64,000 bases of DNA from Acidimicrobiia bacterium (GTDB lineage: Bacteria; Actinomycetota; Acidimicrobiia; Spongiisociales; ZC4RG35). Made by a program: the position numbers and the translations under genes. The stretch covers positions 122,018-186,017 of the forward strand of contig JBGSYD010000015.1 of NCBI GenBank assembly GCA_041751055.1. The letters run 5' to 3'. This document shows positions 29,780-39,803 of the stretch, piece by piece. Within the stretch, counting starts at the first letter, position 1; every line of letters begins with the position of its first letter. Below the pieces are notes generated by a model, which searched no databases, was not told the DNA's origin, and saw only the letters and a list, made by a program, of their open reading frames with translations.

Positions 29780-30735
29780 GTGAGGACTTCCGCAGCTGCG
29801 CGCAAGCGCCGCAACATATCCGATGCCCGATCGCGGTCCGGCCTCCACCTCTCCAGAAGCTGGGGGTCTGGTTCCGGTCTTCGCACCTCTAGGTACCCGT
29901 CAAATGCGACCAGCGGCGACAGTGTGGGATCACCCTGTAGAAGGGAGACTGTTCCCAGACCGCACGCGTATGGCAGGTCGTCGAGTAGCGATGCTGCGAG
30001 CAAACCGGGATAGATGCCTACTGACGTCTCCAGCGCCGACGAGAGGACAACAGGAAGGCCTGATCGCCTGGCGAGTTCAAGGACCCGTGAAACCCCACCC
30101 ATGGGCTGTACTTTGATCACCAAGACGTCAGCCGCGCCGGTCTCGGCAACTTTCAAAGGGTCGGGCTCGAGACGGACGAGCTCGTCGGCGGCAAGCGGGA
30201 TGGCTACACGACTACGCAATTCGACCATTTCCTCGATTGTGGCGACAGGTTGTTCGACGTATTCGAGGTCAAACCTCTCCAACCGATCCAAATGCTCCAC
30301 TGCCTCATCGACGGTCCATGTGGCATTTACATCGATCCTGATCCTGCCACCCGGCCCTAGTGCTTCCGCAACGGCATCGAGGCGCTCCTCATCCTGCTCG
30401 GGAAAGCTCCCCGGATCGCCGACCTTCACCTTGGCGGTGCTCGCCCCTGACTCATACACCAACGCCTTCGCCACCTCGGGGCTAACCACCGGGATGGTGA
30501 CATTGACGGGAATGCGATCTCGGGCTGGTTCCGGCAAGAAGGCACAGGCTGACTCGAGCGCCGCTGCCAACCACCTGCTCGCCACCAACGGCGAGTATTC
30601 GGGAAAGGGAGAGAACTCCCCCCAACCCGATGGGCCCCGAATCAAGACAGCTTCCCGATGATCAACCCGCCGAAATCGATATCGCATCGGTATGCGCACT
30701 GGATGCAGCTCCAACGACTCGAGCAGGGCGTTCAT
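29776..30735 (-). CDS. menC: o-succinylbenzoate synthase (enolase superfamily)
   Basis: 319 aa; N-terminal HPVRIPMRYRFRRV... and metal-ligand Asp/Glu spacing of the MR/MLE family; sits next to menD. Confidence 0.7.
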   Translation of the reverse strand: MNALLESLELHPVRIPMRYRFRRVDHREAVLIRGPSGWGEFSPFPEYSPLVASRWLAAALESACAFLPEPARDRIPVNVTIPVVSPEVAKALVYESGASTAKVKVGDPGSFPEQDEERLDAVAEALGPGGRIRIDVNATWTVDEAVEHLDRLERFDLEYVEQPVATIEEMVELRSRVAIPLAADELVRLEPDPLKVAETGAADVLVIKVQPMGGVSRVLELARRSGLPVVLSSALETSVGIYPGLLAASLLDDLPYACGLGTVSLLQGDPTLSPLVAFDGYLEVRRPEPDPQLLERWRPDRDRASDMLRRLRAAAEVLT

Positions 30736-31037
30736 TGGCCCTGTTCGATTCTGATGTATTCGATCAGCCTCTCGAGTTGGTCATCATTGAGGCTGGTGCT
30801 GAATGAGGGCATCCTCCCCCGCCCCGCAGTGATGGTCATTCGCAGAAATTCGTCTGATTGATCGGCGGCGTTTGAACCAGGACCCAGCGGTGGTCCAATT
30901 CCGCCCGAGAGATCCGTAGCGTGACAATTCGAACACAACTGCAGGAATATCTCTTCACCTGTGGCGTTCTCATCCGGTTTGCCCACGCAGGCCGAACTCA
31001 GCAATACGAGCGCCAGAAACGCCGCGACTCTGATCAC
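30732..31037 (-). CDS. class I c-type cytochrome lipoprotein
   Basis: 101 aa; lipobox LSSAC, heme-binding CSNCH, distal Met in RMPSF. Confidence 0.7.
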   Translation of the reverse strand: MIRVAAFLALVLLSSACVGKPDENATGEEIFLQLCSNCHATDLSGGIGPPLGPGSNAADQSDEFLRMTITAGRGRMPSFSTSLNDDQLERLIEYIRIEQGQ

Positions 31038-32080
31038 CCGGCCGATTCTCCCGAATCCCGATCTTTCAGTCGGTCGGCCAATTTCCGAAGCTCCTGTGAC
31101 CGATCCAACGTTGTGACGAGCACGCCATCTTCGGTCTCGACGACCGCGACATTATCCAAACCGATGACGATCACAGGTCGCGAAGAGGCATTTATGTATG
31201 AGCCATTTACGTCTCCTACGACAACCCGCCCCATGACCGCATTCCCAGCATCGTCTTTTTGCGATGCTGCCCAAACCGACTTCCACGAACCCACATCTGT
31301 CCAACCTGCATCAAGGGGAACTACGAAACCGTCTCGCGTCTTTTCCATCACCGCCTTGTCGAACGGTTGGGCGGGAACGTCGAGAAAATCGTCGGTGAGT
31401 CGCACCACGCTGCCGACGTCACGAGGGATCGCCGCTTCGACTCCCGCGACAATGTCGGGGCAATAGGCGCGGGCCTCAGCGAGGATTCTTCCGGCTGTCC
31501 CGATGAAGATCCCGGCATTCCACAGATATTCGCTGTCATTGGCCAGTTCAGCCGCAACGTCGCTCTCGGGCTTTTCCACGAAACGTTGAATGGCATACCC
31601 GCCGTTGCGTGGCTCACCCTTTTGGATATACCCGAAACCGGTCTCCGCATGGTCAGGAACGACGCCAAGAGTTCCGATCCCGCCTTTTCTTGCCAATGCA
31701 ATGGCCTCTGAAACTGCCGCCACAAAAGCATCTTGGTCAACCACCAGGTGGTCCGAAGGAGTCACCACCATCAAGTGTTCGGAAGGAATCAGTAGCGCAG
31801 CGGCAACGATCGCGGCCGCGGTATTCCGGCCCTGGGGCTCGAGAACGACATCCACCGCTAGATCGCCTGCACCGGCTTGAGTTTCGCTGAGATATCTTGC
31901 TCCGGTCACCGCAAGTGGACGCGTGCTACCCGGAATGGCCATGACCCTGGACAGGGTCTTCTCGTATAGCGTTCCTGAACCCAGCAGATCCAGGAACTGC
32001 TTTGGCTTGGATTCCAGTGACTTGGGCCACAGTCGGGTCCCGGAACCACCCGAAAGGATTACTGGTCGAACATCGTTCAC
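31034..32080 (-). CDS. manC: mannose-1-phosphate guanylyltransferase (GDP-mannose pyrophosphorylase)
   Basis: 348 aa; N-terminal VILSGGSGTRLWP nucleotidyltransferase motif. Confidence 0.8.
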   Translation of the reverse strand: MNDVRPVILSGGSGTRLWPKSLESKPKQFLDLLGSGTLYEKTLSRVMAIPGSTRPLAVTGARYLSETQAGAGDLAVDVVLEPQGRNTAAAIVAAALLIPSEHLMVVTPSDHLVVDQDAFVAAVSEAIALARKGGIGTLGVVPDHAETGFGYIQKGEPRNGGYAIQRFVEKPESDVAAELANDSEYLWNAGIFIGTAGRILAEARAYCPDIVAGVEAAIPRDVGSVVRLTDDFLDVPAQPFDKAVMEKTRDGFVVPLDAGWTDVGSWKSVWAASQKDDAGNAVMGRVVVGDVNGSYINASSRPVIVIGLDNVAVVETEDGVLVTTLDRSQELRKLADRLKDRDSGESAG

Positions 32081-32124
32081 CGGGTCACGGTACTAAGTCG
32101 CACCGCATGACCAGGCACGCATCG

Positions 32125-33417
32125 TCAGTCGATTGTGCCGATCGAAATGTGACCGCACTCTGTGCAAATGTGACGGATGATGCCAATTCCGCCCGCGGCA
32201 ACCACGTATTCGTGATCATGCTGCGGCCGCCCCCTCACAAAAGCAGCCCGCACGGCTCCCATGATCCCGCCCTTTTCTGAGGCGCCGGCCAGCACAGGCT
32301 CTGGAGAAGTGTCAGGCGAGCGAGAGTCAACGTCGTCGTCGCCGACATCTCCTTCGTCTTCGAAGGCCCCGAGGTCGACCACAAATCGCTTGCTGGGCTC
32401 TTCATTGACCGGTGAAATCGGCGGTGGAACGTCTGATTCGAAAGCCGCAGAAGCGTCGGCAACGTCGGCAAGGACGGCTGGAGTGTCCGCCGGCTCGAGG
32501 TGCTTGGGCTCAGCGGGCTCTTCTGGTTCGGGGGCAAATGTGGAATCCCGGAAAGTCGCAGCCTCCTCGGGCGAGGCAACATCTGCAGGCTCTTTAGGCT
32601 CCGATGAATCCGATGACCCGGGTGTGATCCAGGGAACCGTCTCTTTGAAGACGGATTCGACGGCAAGATCCTGGTCCAGGCCCTCTTCCGGGTAGTCAGC
32701 TGGCGGGGGCGGTGTTGATCTATCCGATGCAGGCGCGTCAACTTCATGTCCCTCGGCTGCCGGGGCTTCGACCCGACCGACGTCTGGAGAATGGGTGTCT
32801 GGCGGCGACGCGGCTACTTCGCCAGCAGCAATTGGCTCCTCGATCGCAGCAGGCTCTACCGGCACAGGCTCGACGACTTTCGGTGACGCAGGTGGTGCCG
32901 CGGGCACGGCGGCCCTTGCTGCACCTGCGACCGGCGCTTGTTCGAACGCGGATCCGCCTGAGGAACCGGACTCTAGATTCTGGACCATTGCCGACCTGAG
33001 CTCAGTGATTCTCGATGGCTTGGTCCCGGCACGGGAACGACGGTTGGCCACAATCCTGCGGGGGAGCGTCATAGTTCGATATCGAGCCCAGACGTTCGCC
33101 ATCTTCTCGACGCCCCGGTACGCAAAGTCGACCGGCTCATCGGCGATAAATGTCACTTCCTCGCTACCCAGCGCGAGCGAAAAGGCGTTGGCTATTAGCC
33201 GGTCGGCCCGGACATCCACCAACGACCATCGGCCGAGCGACTCGCCTTGGAGCAACAGTTCTGTCTGGTTGTTCTCGATGAGCACAACCGCCGGCACTCC
33301 GGGATGATCGAGATCCGGGATTTTGATCTGTCCAGTGAACTTCAACTTCGCTAATCCCTCCTGGGCGGGCTCTCCTCCCAGCGAGATCGCATCCATAACG
33401 ATCCCACCGATCAACAC
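32125..33417 (-). CDS. hypothetical protein: about 150-aa N-terminal globular domain, about 230-aa acidic Pro/Ala/Glu-rich low-complexity region, short C-terminal HICTECGH motif
   Basis: 430 aa; strong compositional bias (PEPEEPAEP, PPPADYPEEG); positioned between gcvP and manC on the same strand. Confidence 0.5.
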   Translation of the reverse strand: MLIGGIVMDAISLGGEPAQEGLAKLKFTGQIKIPDLDHPGVPAVVLIENNQTELLLQGESLGRWSLVDVRADRLIANAFSLALGSEEVTFIADEPVDFAYRGVEKMANVWARYRTMTLPRRIVANRRSRAGTKPSRITELRSAMVQNLESGSSGGSAFEQAPVAGAARAAVPAAPPASPKVVEPVPVEPAAIEEPIAAGEVAASPPDTHSPDVGRVEAPAAEGHEVDAPASDRSTPPPPADYPEEGLDQDLAVESVFKETVPWITPGSSDSSEPKEPADVASPEEAATFRDSTFAPEPEEPAEPKHLEPADTPAVLADVADASAAFESDVPPPISPVNEEPSKRFVVDLGAFEDEGDVGDDDVDSRSPDTSPEPVLAGASEKGGIMGAVRAAFVRGRPQHDHEYVVAAGGIGIIRHICTECGHISIGTID

Positions 33418-33432
33418 ATTGTCAAGTCGGAT

Positions 33433-36258
33433 TCAAACGTAATCCTCGAGAGGTGGGCAAGCGCAAATGAGGTTGCGGTCGCCGCCAACGCCGTCTACCC
33501 GACCGACTGGCGGCCAATACTTGTCGCGGCGCAATGAATCTAACGGGAACACCGCGAGATTTCTGCTGTACGGGTGTCCCCAGGTCTCAACAACGAGGTC
33601 CTCGGCAGTGTGAGGAGCGTTGATCAGCGGATTATCGTCCCTCGGCCACTCCCCCGCCGCGATTCTGTCTGCTTCGCCCTTGATCGACACCATTGCGTCG
33701 CAGAATCGGTCCAACTCTGCCAGGCCCTCTGATTCGGTCGGCTCGACCATCAATGTTCCGGCGACCGGGAACGAAAGAGTCGGGGCGTGAAAGCCGTAGT
33801 CCGCAAGACGTTTCGCCACGTCTTCGGCCGTAACCCCGGATTCCTTGGTCAGGGGTCGGAGATCGAGAATGCACTCGTGGGCGACGTGACCGTTTTCTCC
33901 CGTGTAGAGAACGGGGAAATGGGGGTCGAGCTTCTTGGCCAGATAGTTGGCCGACAGGATTGCGATCTTGGTTGCTCTTCTCAAACCATCCGGGCCCATC
34001 AGCCGGATATAGGAATACGGAATAGGGAGGATCCCCGCTGACCCGTAGGGCGCCCCCGAGATCGGACCCACGCCAGTTTCGGGACCTGCACCTTCGACGA
34101 GCGGATGATTGGGGAGGAATGGCGCCAGATGGCTTTTCACCCCAATGGGGCCAACTCCGGGGCCCCCGCCACCATGGGGAATCGTGAAGGTCTTGTGCAG
34201 GTTCAAATGGCTGACATCGGCGCCGAACTCTCCCGGCTTTGCCACTCCGACGAGGGCATTGAGATTGGCACCGTCCACATATACCTGACCACCGAAATCA
34301 TGGACGATTTGACAGAGCGTCGTTATTCCCTGCTCGAACACCCCGTGGGTGGATGGGTAGGTCACCATCGCACAGGCCAAACTTGCCGCGTGAGCCTCCG
34401 CCTTGGCACGCAGGTCATCGAGATCGACATTTCCCGAGTCATCGGTCTTGACGACTACGACTCGCATACCAGCCATGACTGCCGATGCGGCATTCGTCCC
34501 GTGTGCTGACGCCGGTATCAAACAGATATCGCGTTCTCCCTCCCCGTTTTCGCGGTGATACGCCCGGATGGCAAGCAGTCCTGCCAGCTCGCCTTGCGAT
34601 CCCGCGTTCGGCTGTATCGAAACCGATTCGTAGCCAGTGATCGCGGCAAGATATCCCTGAAGTTCTCCAATTAGCTTGTGGTAACCGCCGGCCTGTTCGA
34701 CGGGTGCGTAGGGATGAATCCCGGCGAACTCGGGCCAGGTGATCGGGATCATCTCCGAAGTGGCGTTCAGCTTCATCGTGCACGAACCCAGCGGGATCAT
34801 GGAGCGATCGAGGGCCAGGTCGCGATCGGCGAGGCGCCGCAGATAGCGAAGCATCTCGTGTTCGGATCGATAAAGGCGGAAGACAGGGTGCGTCATGAAG
34901 TCGGATTTGCGTAGTAACGGCTCACTCAACCCATTCAGATCGCCAGAGTCCTTCCTCTCAGCGGCAAACGCCTCCAGAAGGGTCTCGACCGTGCCCTCAT
35001 CCGATACCTCATCAAAGGCAATTCGAATCAGATCGGCGTCGACGACGCCGACATTGATCCCGGATCGGACCGCAGCGGTGGCCAGGTCTCTGGCCCTGCC
35101 GCCGGTCTTCACAGTGATCGTGTCGAACCAAGAATCGTTGAGCAACTCGAATCCCGACCCGGTCAGGGATTCGGCGGTGATGGTCGCCAGGCGATGGGTC
35201 TCGGTGGCTATGGCACGCAGCCCCTCGGCTCCGTGCCAGCACCCGTAAAAGCCAGACATAACGGCCAACAAGACCTGTGCGGTGCAGACATTGGAAGTGG
35301 CCTTCTCCCGTCGAATGTGTTGCTCACGTGTCTGCAGGGCCAGCCGGAACGCCGTTCTCCCCGATGAGTCATGTGAGACACCTACAAGCCGACCCGGAAG
35401 AGATCGAACATACTGGTCCCGTGTTGCGATGAATCCAGCATGGGGACCGCCGTAACCAAGCGGGACACCAAAGCGCTGTGCCGACCCGACTGCGATGTCA
35501 GCACCCCATTCCCCGGGTGGGACGAGAAGGGTCATCGCCAGAAGGTCGGTTGCGACCGCCACAACGGCTCCGGCAGTTTTGAACCTGGAGGCAAGCTCTG
35601 TGTAATCCGTGACCAGGCCAGTTGTTCCCGGATACTGGAAAAGAACCCCAAAGGCATCGCCCGGATCGGCGTCAGTGGCGAGCATGCGGACTTCCACCCC
35701 GATGGCATCGGCCCGCGTTCTGACTACGGCCAGTGTTGGCGCATGGCATTCTGGGTCGACATAAAACACGTTGCGATCGTGGTTCGAAAGGCGCCGGCAC
35801 ATGGCCATCGCTTCGGCTGCAGCGGTCGGCTCGTCCAGCAGCGAGGCGTTGGAAACATCGAGGCCCGTCAGGTCCGAAACCATTGTCTGAAAATTGAGAA
35901 GCGCTTCAAGGCGGCCCTGGGATATCTCCGGCTGATACGGCGTGTAGGAGGTGTACCAAGCGGGATTCTCGAGCACGTTTCTCTGGATGACCGGAGGCGT
36001 GACAGTGTCGTGATAACCGAGCCCGATGAGGGACGTGACCCGCCGGTTTTCTGACGCCAGAGCCTGAAGTCGGTTGACCACCTCGACTTCCGACAACGCA
36101 GGGGGCAGGTCGAGTTCCTCGTCGTGGATACTGGGCGGGACTGTTTGCTCGATCAGCTCATCGAGCGAGGCAACGCCCACAGTTGCCAGCATCTTTTCGA
36201 CTTCATCGGGACCGGGCCCGATGTGACGCTGCGAGAAGGTTTCGTTTGGATTGGGCAT
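33433..36258 (-). CDS. gcvP: glycine dehydrogenase (decarboxylating), single-chain P protein
   Basis: 941 aa; two PLP-dependent halves, full-length GcvP. Confidence 0.9.
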   Translation of the reverse strand: MPNPNETFSQRHIGPGPDEVEKMLATVGVASLDELIEQTVPPSIHDEELDLPPALSEVEVVNRLQALASENRRVTSLIGLGYHDTVTPPVIQRNVLENPAWYTSYTPYQPEISQGRLEALLNFQTMVSDLTGLDVSNASLLDEPTAAAEAMAMCRRLSNHDRNVFYVDPECHAPTLAVVRTRADAIGVEVRMLATDADPGDAFGVLFQYPGTTGLVTDYTELASRFKTAGAVVAVATDLLAMTLLVPPGEWGADIAVGSAQRFGVPLGYGGPHAGFIATRDQYVRSLPGRLVGVSHDSSGRTAFRLALQTREQHIRREKATSNVCTAQVLLAVMSGFYGCWHGAEGLRAIATETHRLATITAESLTGSGFELLNDSWFDTITVKTGGRARDLATAAVRSGINVGVVDADLIRIAFDEVSDEGTVETLLEAFAAERKDSGDLNGLSEPLLRKSDFMTHPVFRLYRSEHEMLRYLRRLADRDLALDRSMIPLGSCTMKLNATSEMIPITWPEFAGIHPYAPVEQAGGYHKLIGELQGYLAAITGYESVSIQPNAGSQGELAGLLAIRAYHRENGEGERDICLIPASAHGTNAASAVMAGMRVVVVKTDDSGNVDLDDLRAKAEAHAASLACAMVTYPSTHGVFEQGITTLCQIVHDFGGQVYVDGANLNALVGVAKPGEFGADVSHLNLHKTFTIPHGGGGPGVGPIGVKSHLAPFLPNHPLVEGAGPETGVGPISGAPYGSAGILPIPYSYIRLMGPDGLRRATKIAILSANYLAKKLDPHFPVLYTGENGHVAHECILDLRPLTKESGVTAEDVAKRLADYGFHAPTLSFPVAGTLMVEPTESEGLAELDRFCDAMVSIKGEADRIAAGEWPRDDNPLINAPHTAEDLVVETWGHPYSRNLAVFPLDSLRRDKYWPPVGRVDGVGGDRNLICACPPLEDYV

Positions 36259-36315
36259 GGGATTCCTATGATCTACAGCCCTCCACTGTCGGCTTGACCT
36301 TCAGCGTCGCCTCCT

Positions 36316-36389
36316 CTGAACGGTCCGCAGGCCTGAGAGATTCGGAGGTAGTTGCCCCTTCGGCGTCCGTTGAGGACTCTCCCGTTCAG
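36316..36389 (-). promoter_or_regulatory. glycine riboswitch (single aptamer) in the gcvP 5' leader
   Basis: Minus-strand RNA GCUGAACGGGAGAGUCCUCAACGGACGCCGAAGGGGCAACUACCUCCGAAUCUCUCAGGCCUGCGGACCGUUCAG: 8-bp P1 stem CUGAACGG/CCGUUCAG, conserved GGGAGAG, CGCCGAAGGGGCAA and CUCUCAGGC...GGACCG cores; about 55 nt upstream of the gcvP ATG. Confidence 0.7.
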
Positions 36390-36450
36390 CGTCTATGGCT
36401 CAACCATCTTAGGTCGTCTTCGAGGTTGGCCACGGGCACCCTGGTTTGGG

Positions 36451-38655
36451 TCAGATGTTCGCGCTGCCCGGGGGCAGGCTGACCACCAGAACCGGCAATT
36501 GAGCGTGGTCCAGGATGTACGAAACTCTGTGACCGTAAAACGGTCTATTGGTCAGTGATCGGGCGGCAGTCCCGAGCACCAGAAGATCAAAAGCGCCGGA
36601 GTTGGCAAACCATACGATTTCCTCCTCAGCATTTGGTGCGACCCGCACCCCGGTCTCGACTGCAACTCCAAGACGCTCCCCGAAGGCAGCCGCGGTGCTC
36701 ACCATCTCCTGTCCAGCACGCAGCGAGTCCTCGATCGCGGACTTGTTGAGCATCACACCCTGGCCTTCGGGCCGGTTTACCACATGAAGTGCAAAGGTCT
36801 TGGCGCCAGAAGCTTTGGCCACCGAATACGCCAGTTCTTCGGCGGTTCGTGTCGACCTGGTGGCGGCAACCGGCACGAGGACGCGCTGGGGAAGGTCGGA
36901 TGTTTCATAACCTCTGGGAAAACGGACCACAACCGTTGGTATGTCGATGCGTCCGAGCACCCGGTCGATGATGGAGTTGAAAGTGGAGTCATGCGTCTCG
37001 GTGGCACCCATCACGACCAGGTCATACCCCAACGCGGCCTCACTCGTGATTGCAGAAGCCGGGTCCCGCGCCACCCGGCGAACGACACGAGCATCCGGCA
37101 GCTGATCCAGGACAGTGGTGGGATCGCCTGCCTCTCCTTCGATCCGTCGTAGGAGCTTCCAGATGAATCCACTCCTGGCTGCGTCGACGACCAGCACGGT
37201 GACCTCAGCATCCGGAAAAACCGCTTCTATCAACTTGGCTGCATAGGTGATGTTGGGACCGCCACGGGTCGGGACGAGAATCCGTTTCGAACCAAGGATC
37301 TCCGATGAGTCCCGGAGCTCTTCGGCCTCGAGCCGCTCAGCTTCCTCGGCGGGGATCTCCCAGCCACCCACCACGGCCCTCAACAACTGGGGCGACACCA
37401 CCGATGTCACGATCGCGGCCAACACCATGACCGTGTAACCGGTTTCCGAAACCACCTGCAGGTTGAGGCCAACTATGGCGACGACAATCCCCATTGCACC
37501 CAGCGCAGATAGCCCGGAGCCCAAGGCCAATGCCTCCCGGCCGCGGATGTGGCTGAACCAACCACCGATGAAGGTTCCCACGATTTTCGCCACGACGGCC
37601 AGGCCGATCAGGCCGGCAGTCCACCAGATCGCCTCAGATGTGTTCAGGAGCCCGATATCTACGCGGAGGCCCGAGAAGGCGAAGAAGATCGGAGCGAAAA
37701 AGGCTGCGGTCACGGTCTCGAGAACGTGTCTTACCTGGGGGACCTGGTGCCGGACTCCGGCGACCACGATGCCCATCAGAAATGCACCGAGGATCGCTTC
37801 GAGGCGGAGCGCCTGGGTCGTCAAGCCACCGAGCAGAGCTACGGCTAGCGTGATGGACAGTGCAGCGGTCACCGACGAGCCTTTGGCCATGACGAACCGG
37901 AATAGCCGGTCGAGGACCCACCGGATCAACGTGAACGCCAGAATCACAAAGATCGCCAACCCCAACAGGGAGCCCAGCAGTTGGCTGGGCTGAAATCCGT
38001 CGAGAGCGATCCCGGATAGGGCCGCAAGAATCAACCAGCCCAGCGAGTCCATCGTCATGCCTGCGGCCAGGGTCACCTGGCCGAAGTCTCGGCGCAGGAA
38101 CCCCAGGTCCTGCAATATCTTGGCGACAACCGGTAGCGCGCTGACGGAAAGCGCTAGGGCCAAGAAACTGGCGAACACCAACCTGTCGACGCCCCCGCCA
38201 TCCAGTCCCTGACCGACAAACGAATCCGGGGCAACGTGGCCGAGGGCGATGAATATCCCGAGAGGAACAAACAGGGCGCCGGCGGCCACAGAGAGGGCTG
38301 CTCCGCGGAATCTCGCGATGATGCCGAGGTCGGTCTCGAACCCGATGACGATCAAGAGCATGATCACCCCGAGCCAGGCAAGGCCGAACATCACCGATCG
38401 AACTGTCGGCTCGCCGAAAACCCAGTCGAAACTATCAGGCAGGACACGTCCGAATATCGTTGGGCCGAGCAGCACACCCGCGAGCAACTCACCGACGACC
38501 GCGGGCTGGCCCACACTTTTCATCAGCCAGCCGAGAATTCTCGCAACCGCTACCAGAAGGAAGAGCTGGACGAGGAAGACGAGTACCTCGTGTTCGCTCA
38601 GCGGCGCAGCAAAAGAACCACCGACTTCGGATGTGGAGAGCAGCACGGGATGCAA
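36451..38655 (-). CDS. cation/H+ antiporter (CPA family Na_H_Exchanger domain) fused to two C-terminal universal stress protein (UspA) domains
   Basis: 734 aa; about 420 aa with 11-13 TM helices, then two Usp-like alpha/beta modules (ILVPTRGGPN..., VLVPVAATRST...). Confidence 0.7.
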   Translation of the reverse strand: MHPVLLSTSEVGGSFAAPLSEHEVLVFLVQLFLLVAVARILGWLMKSVGQPAVVGELLAGVLLGPTIFGRVLPDSFDWVFGEPTVRSVMFGLAWLGVIMLLIVIGFETDLGIIARFRGAALSVAAGALFVPLGIFIALGHVAPDSFVGQGLDGGGVDRLVFASFLALALSVSALPVVAKILQDLGFLRRDFGQVTLAAGMTMDSLGWLILAALSGIALDGFQPSQLLGSLLGLAIFVILAFTLIRWVLDRLFRFVMAKGSSVTAALSITLAVALLGGLTTQALRLEAILGAFLMGIVVAGVRHQVPQVRHVLETVTAAFFAPIFFAFSGLRVDIGLLNTSEAIWWTAGLIGLAVVAKIVGTFIGGWFSHIRGREALALGSGLSALGAMGIVVAIVGLNLQVVSETGYTVMVLAAIVTSVVSPQLLRAVVGGWEIPAEEAERLEAEELRDSSEILGSKRILVPTRGGPNITYAAKLIEAVFPDAEVTVLVVDAARSGFIWKLLRRIEGEAGDPTTVLDQLPDARVVRRVARDPASAITSEAALGYDLVVMGATETHDSTFNSIIDRVLGRIDIPTVVVRFPRGYETSDLPQRVLVPVAATRSTRTAEELAYSVAKASGAKTFALHVVNRPEGQGVMLNKSAIEDSLRAGQEMVSTAAAFGERLGVAVETGVRVAPNAEEEIVWFANSGAFDLLVLGTAARSLTNRPFYGHRVSYILDHAQLPVLVVSLPPGSANI

Positions 38656-38667
38656 GTTAGCCGGTTC

Positions 38668-39750
38668 CTATACGTTGAACCGGAACTCAACGACATCATC
38701 GGGCCTCATGATGTAGGCCTTTCCCTCCGTTCGAACCTGGCCAACCGACCTGGCTGCGACCCAAGATCCGGCCTCCACGAGCTGGTCGTAATCGACCACC
38801 TCAGCAGCTATGAATCCCCTCTGAAAGTCAGTGTGGATCACTCCGGCTGCCTCCGGGGCGGTCGAGCCTTTCTCGATCGTCCAGGCCCGCACCTCCTTTT
38901 CCCCACCCGTCAGGTAACTCTGAAGGCCGAGGGTGTTGTAGGCAGCCTGAATCACGGCGTTCAGGCCGGGCACATCCTGACCTACAGATGCCAGGAGCTC
39001 ACGCCGCTCCGATTCGTCGAGCTCCGACAGCTCCGCCTCGACCTGTGCGTCCAGAAAGAGTGCGGTGGCCGGAGCAACCAGGGCTCGCAGGACCGATTTC
39101 CGATCTTCATCATTTAGCAGCGTTTCATCCACGTTGAACACATAGATGATTGGTTTCGCCGTGAGGAGATGGAGGTCGGCAAAGAGATCATGTTGTGCCA
39201 TCAAGTCGGCATGTGACGACACCATCTCGCCGGCGCCGACCACTTCGTGAACGCGCTTGAGGACAGCAATTTTCGTGGTAAGCGTTTTGTCCAGCTTGGC
39301 GTCCTTTTCGAGCCGGGGAAGGCGTTTCTCGATCGTCTGGAGATCGGCGATTGCCAGCTCGGTCTCTATCGTCGTGATGTCGCGTGCGGGGTCGCGCTCA
39401 CCGTCGACGTGTGCGACGTTTTCCGAGTCAAACGCTCGCACCACATGGCAAATCGCATTGACGTCGCGAATGTTGGCGAGAAACTTGTTTCCAAGTCCCT
39501 CCCCCTCGCTGGCACCCTTCACCAGACCGGCGATATCGACAAACGTGACGGCCGCCGGCACGACCTTTTTCGACTTGAACAATTCCGCGAGGACAGCCAA
39601 GCGGTGGTCCGGAATCGGCACGACACCGGTGTTGGGATCGATTGTTGCAAAGGGATAGTTGGCAGCCAGGATCCCGGCGTTTGTCAACGCATTGAACAAG
39701 GTCGACTTACCGACATTGGGGAGCCCGACAATGCCTATGGAGAGGCTCAT
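38668..39750 (-). CDS. ychF: redox-regulated ribosome-binding ATPase YchF (Obg-family GTPase)
   Basis: Start set at MSLSIGIVGLPNVGKSTLFNA (G1 motif); the 120-codon N-terminal extension in the track ORF is Arg-rich and runs antisense through gpsA; C-terminal TGS domain present. Confidence 0.85.
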   Translation of the reverse strand: MSLSIGIVGLPNVGKSTLFNALTNAGILAANYPFATIDPNTGVVPIPDHRLAVLAELFKSKKVVPAAVTFVDIAGLVKGASEGEGLGNKFLANIRDVNAICHVVRAFDSENVAHVDGERDPARDITTIETELAIADLQTIEKRLPRLEKDAKLDKTLTTKIAVLKRVHEVVGAGEMVSSHADLMAQHDLFADLHLLTAKPIIYVFNVDETLLNDEDRKSVLRALVAPATALFLDAQVEAELSELDESERRELLASVGQDVPGLNAVIQAAYNTLGLQSYLTGGEKEVRAWTIEKGSTAPEAAGVIHTDFQRGFIAAEVVDYDQLVEAGSWVAARSVGQVRTEGKAYIMRPDDVVEFRFNV

Positions 39751-39803
39751 CGTGTTCAGCAGGTTAGGGAGTCGGCGCCGATAGGGAGCACTACCGTGCA
39801 GGA

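Noticed and set aside
38236-39117. 293-aa plus-strand ORF antisense to the antiporter and ychF
   Set aside because: Overlaps two well-supported minus-strand genes; low-complexity composition
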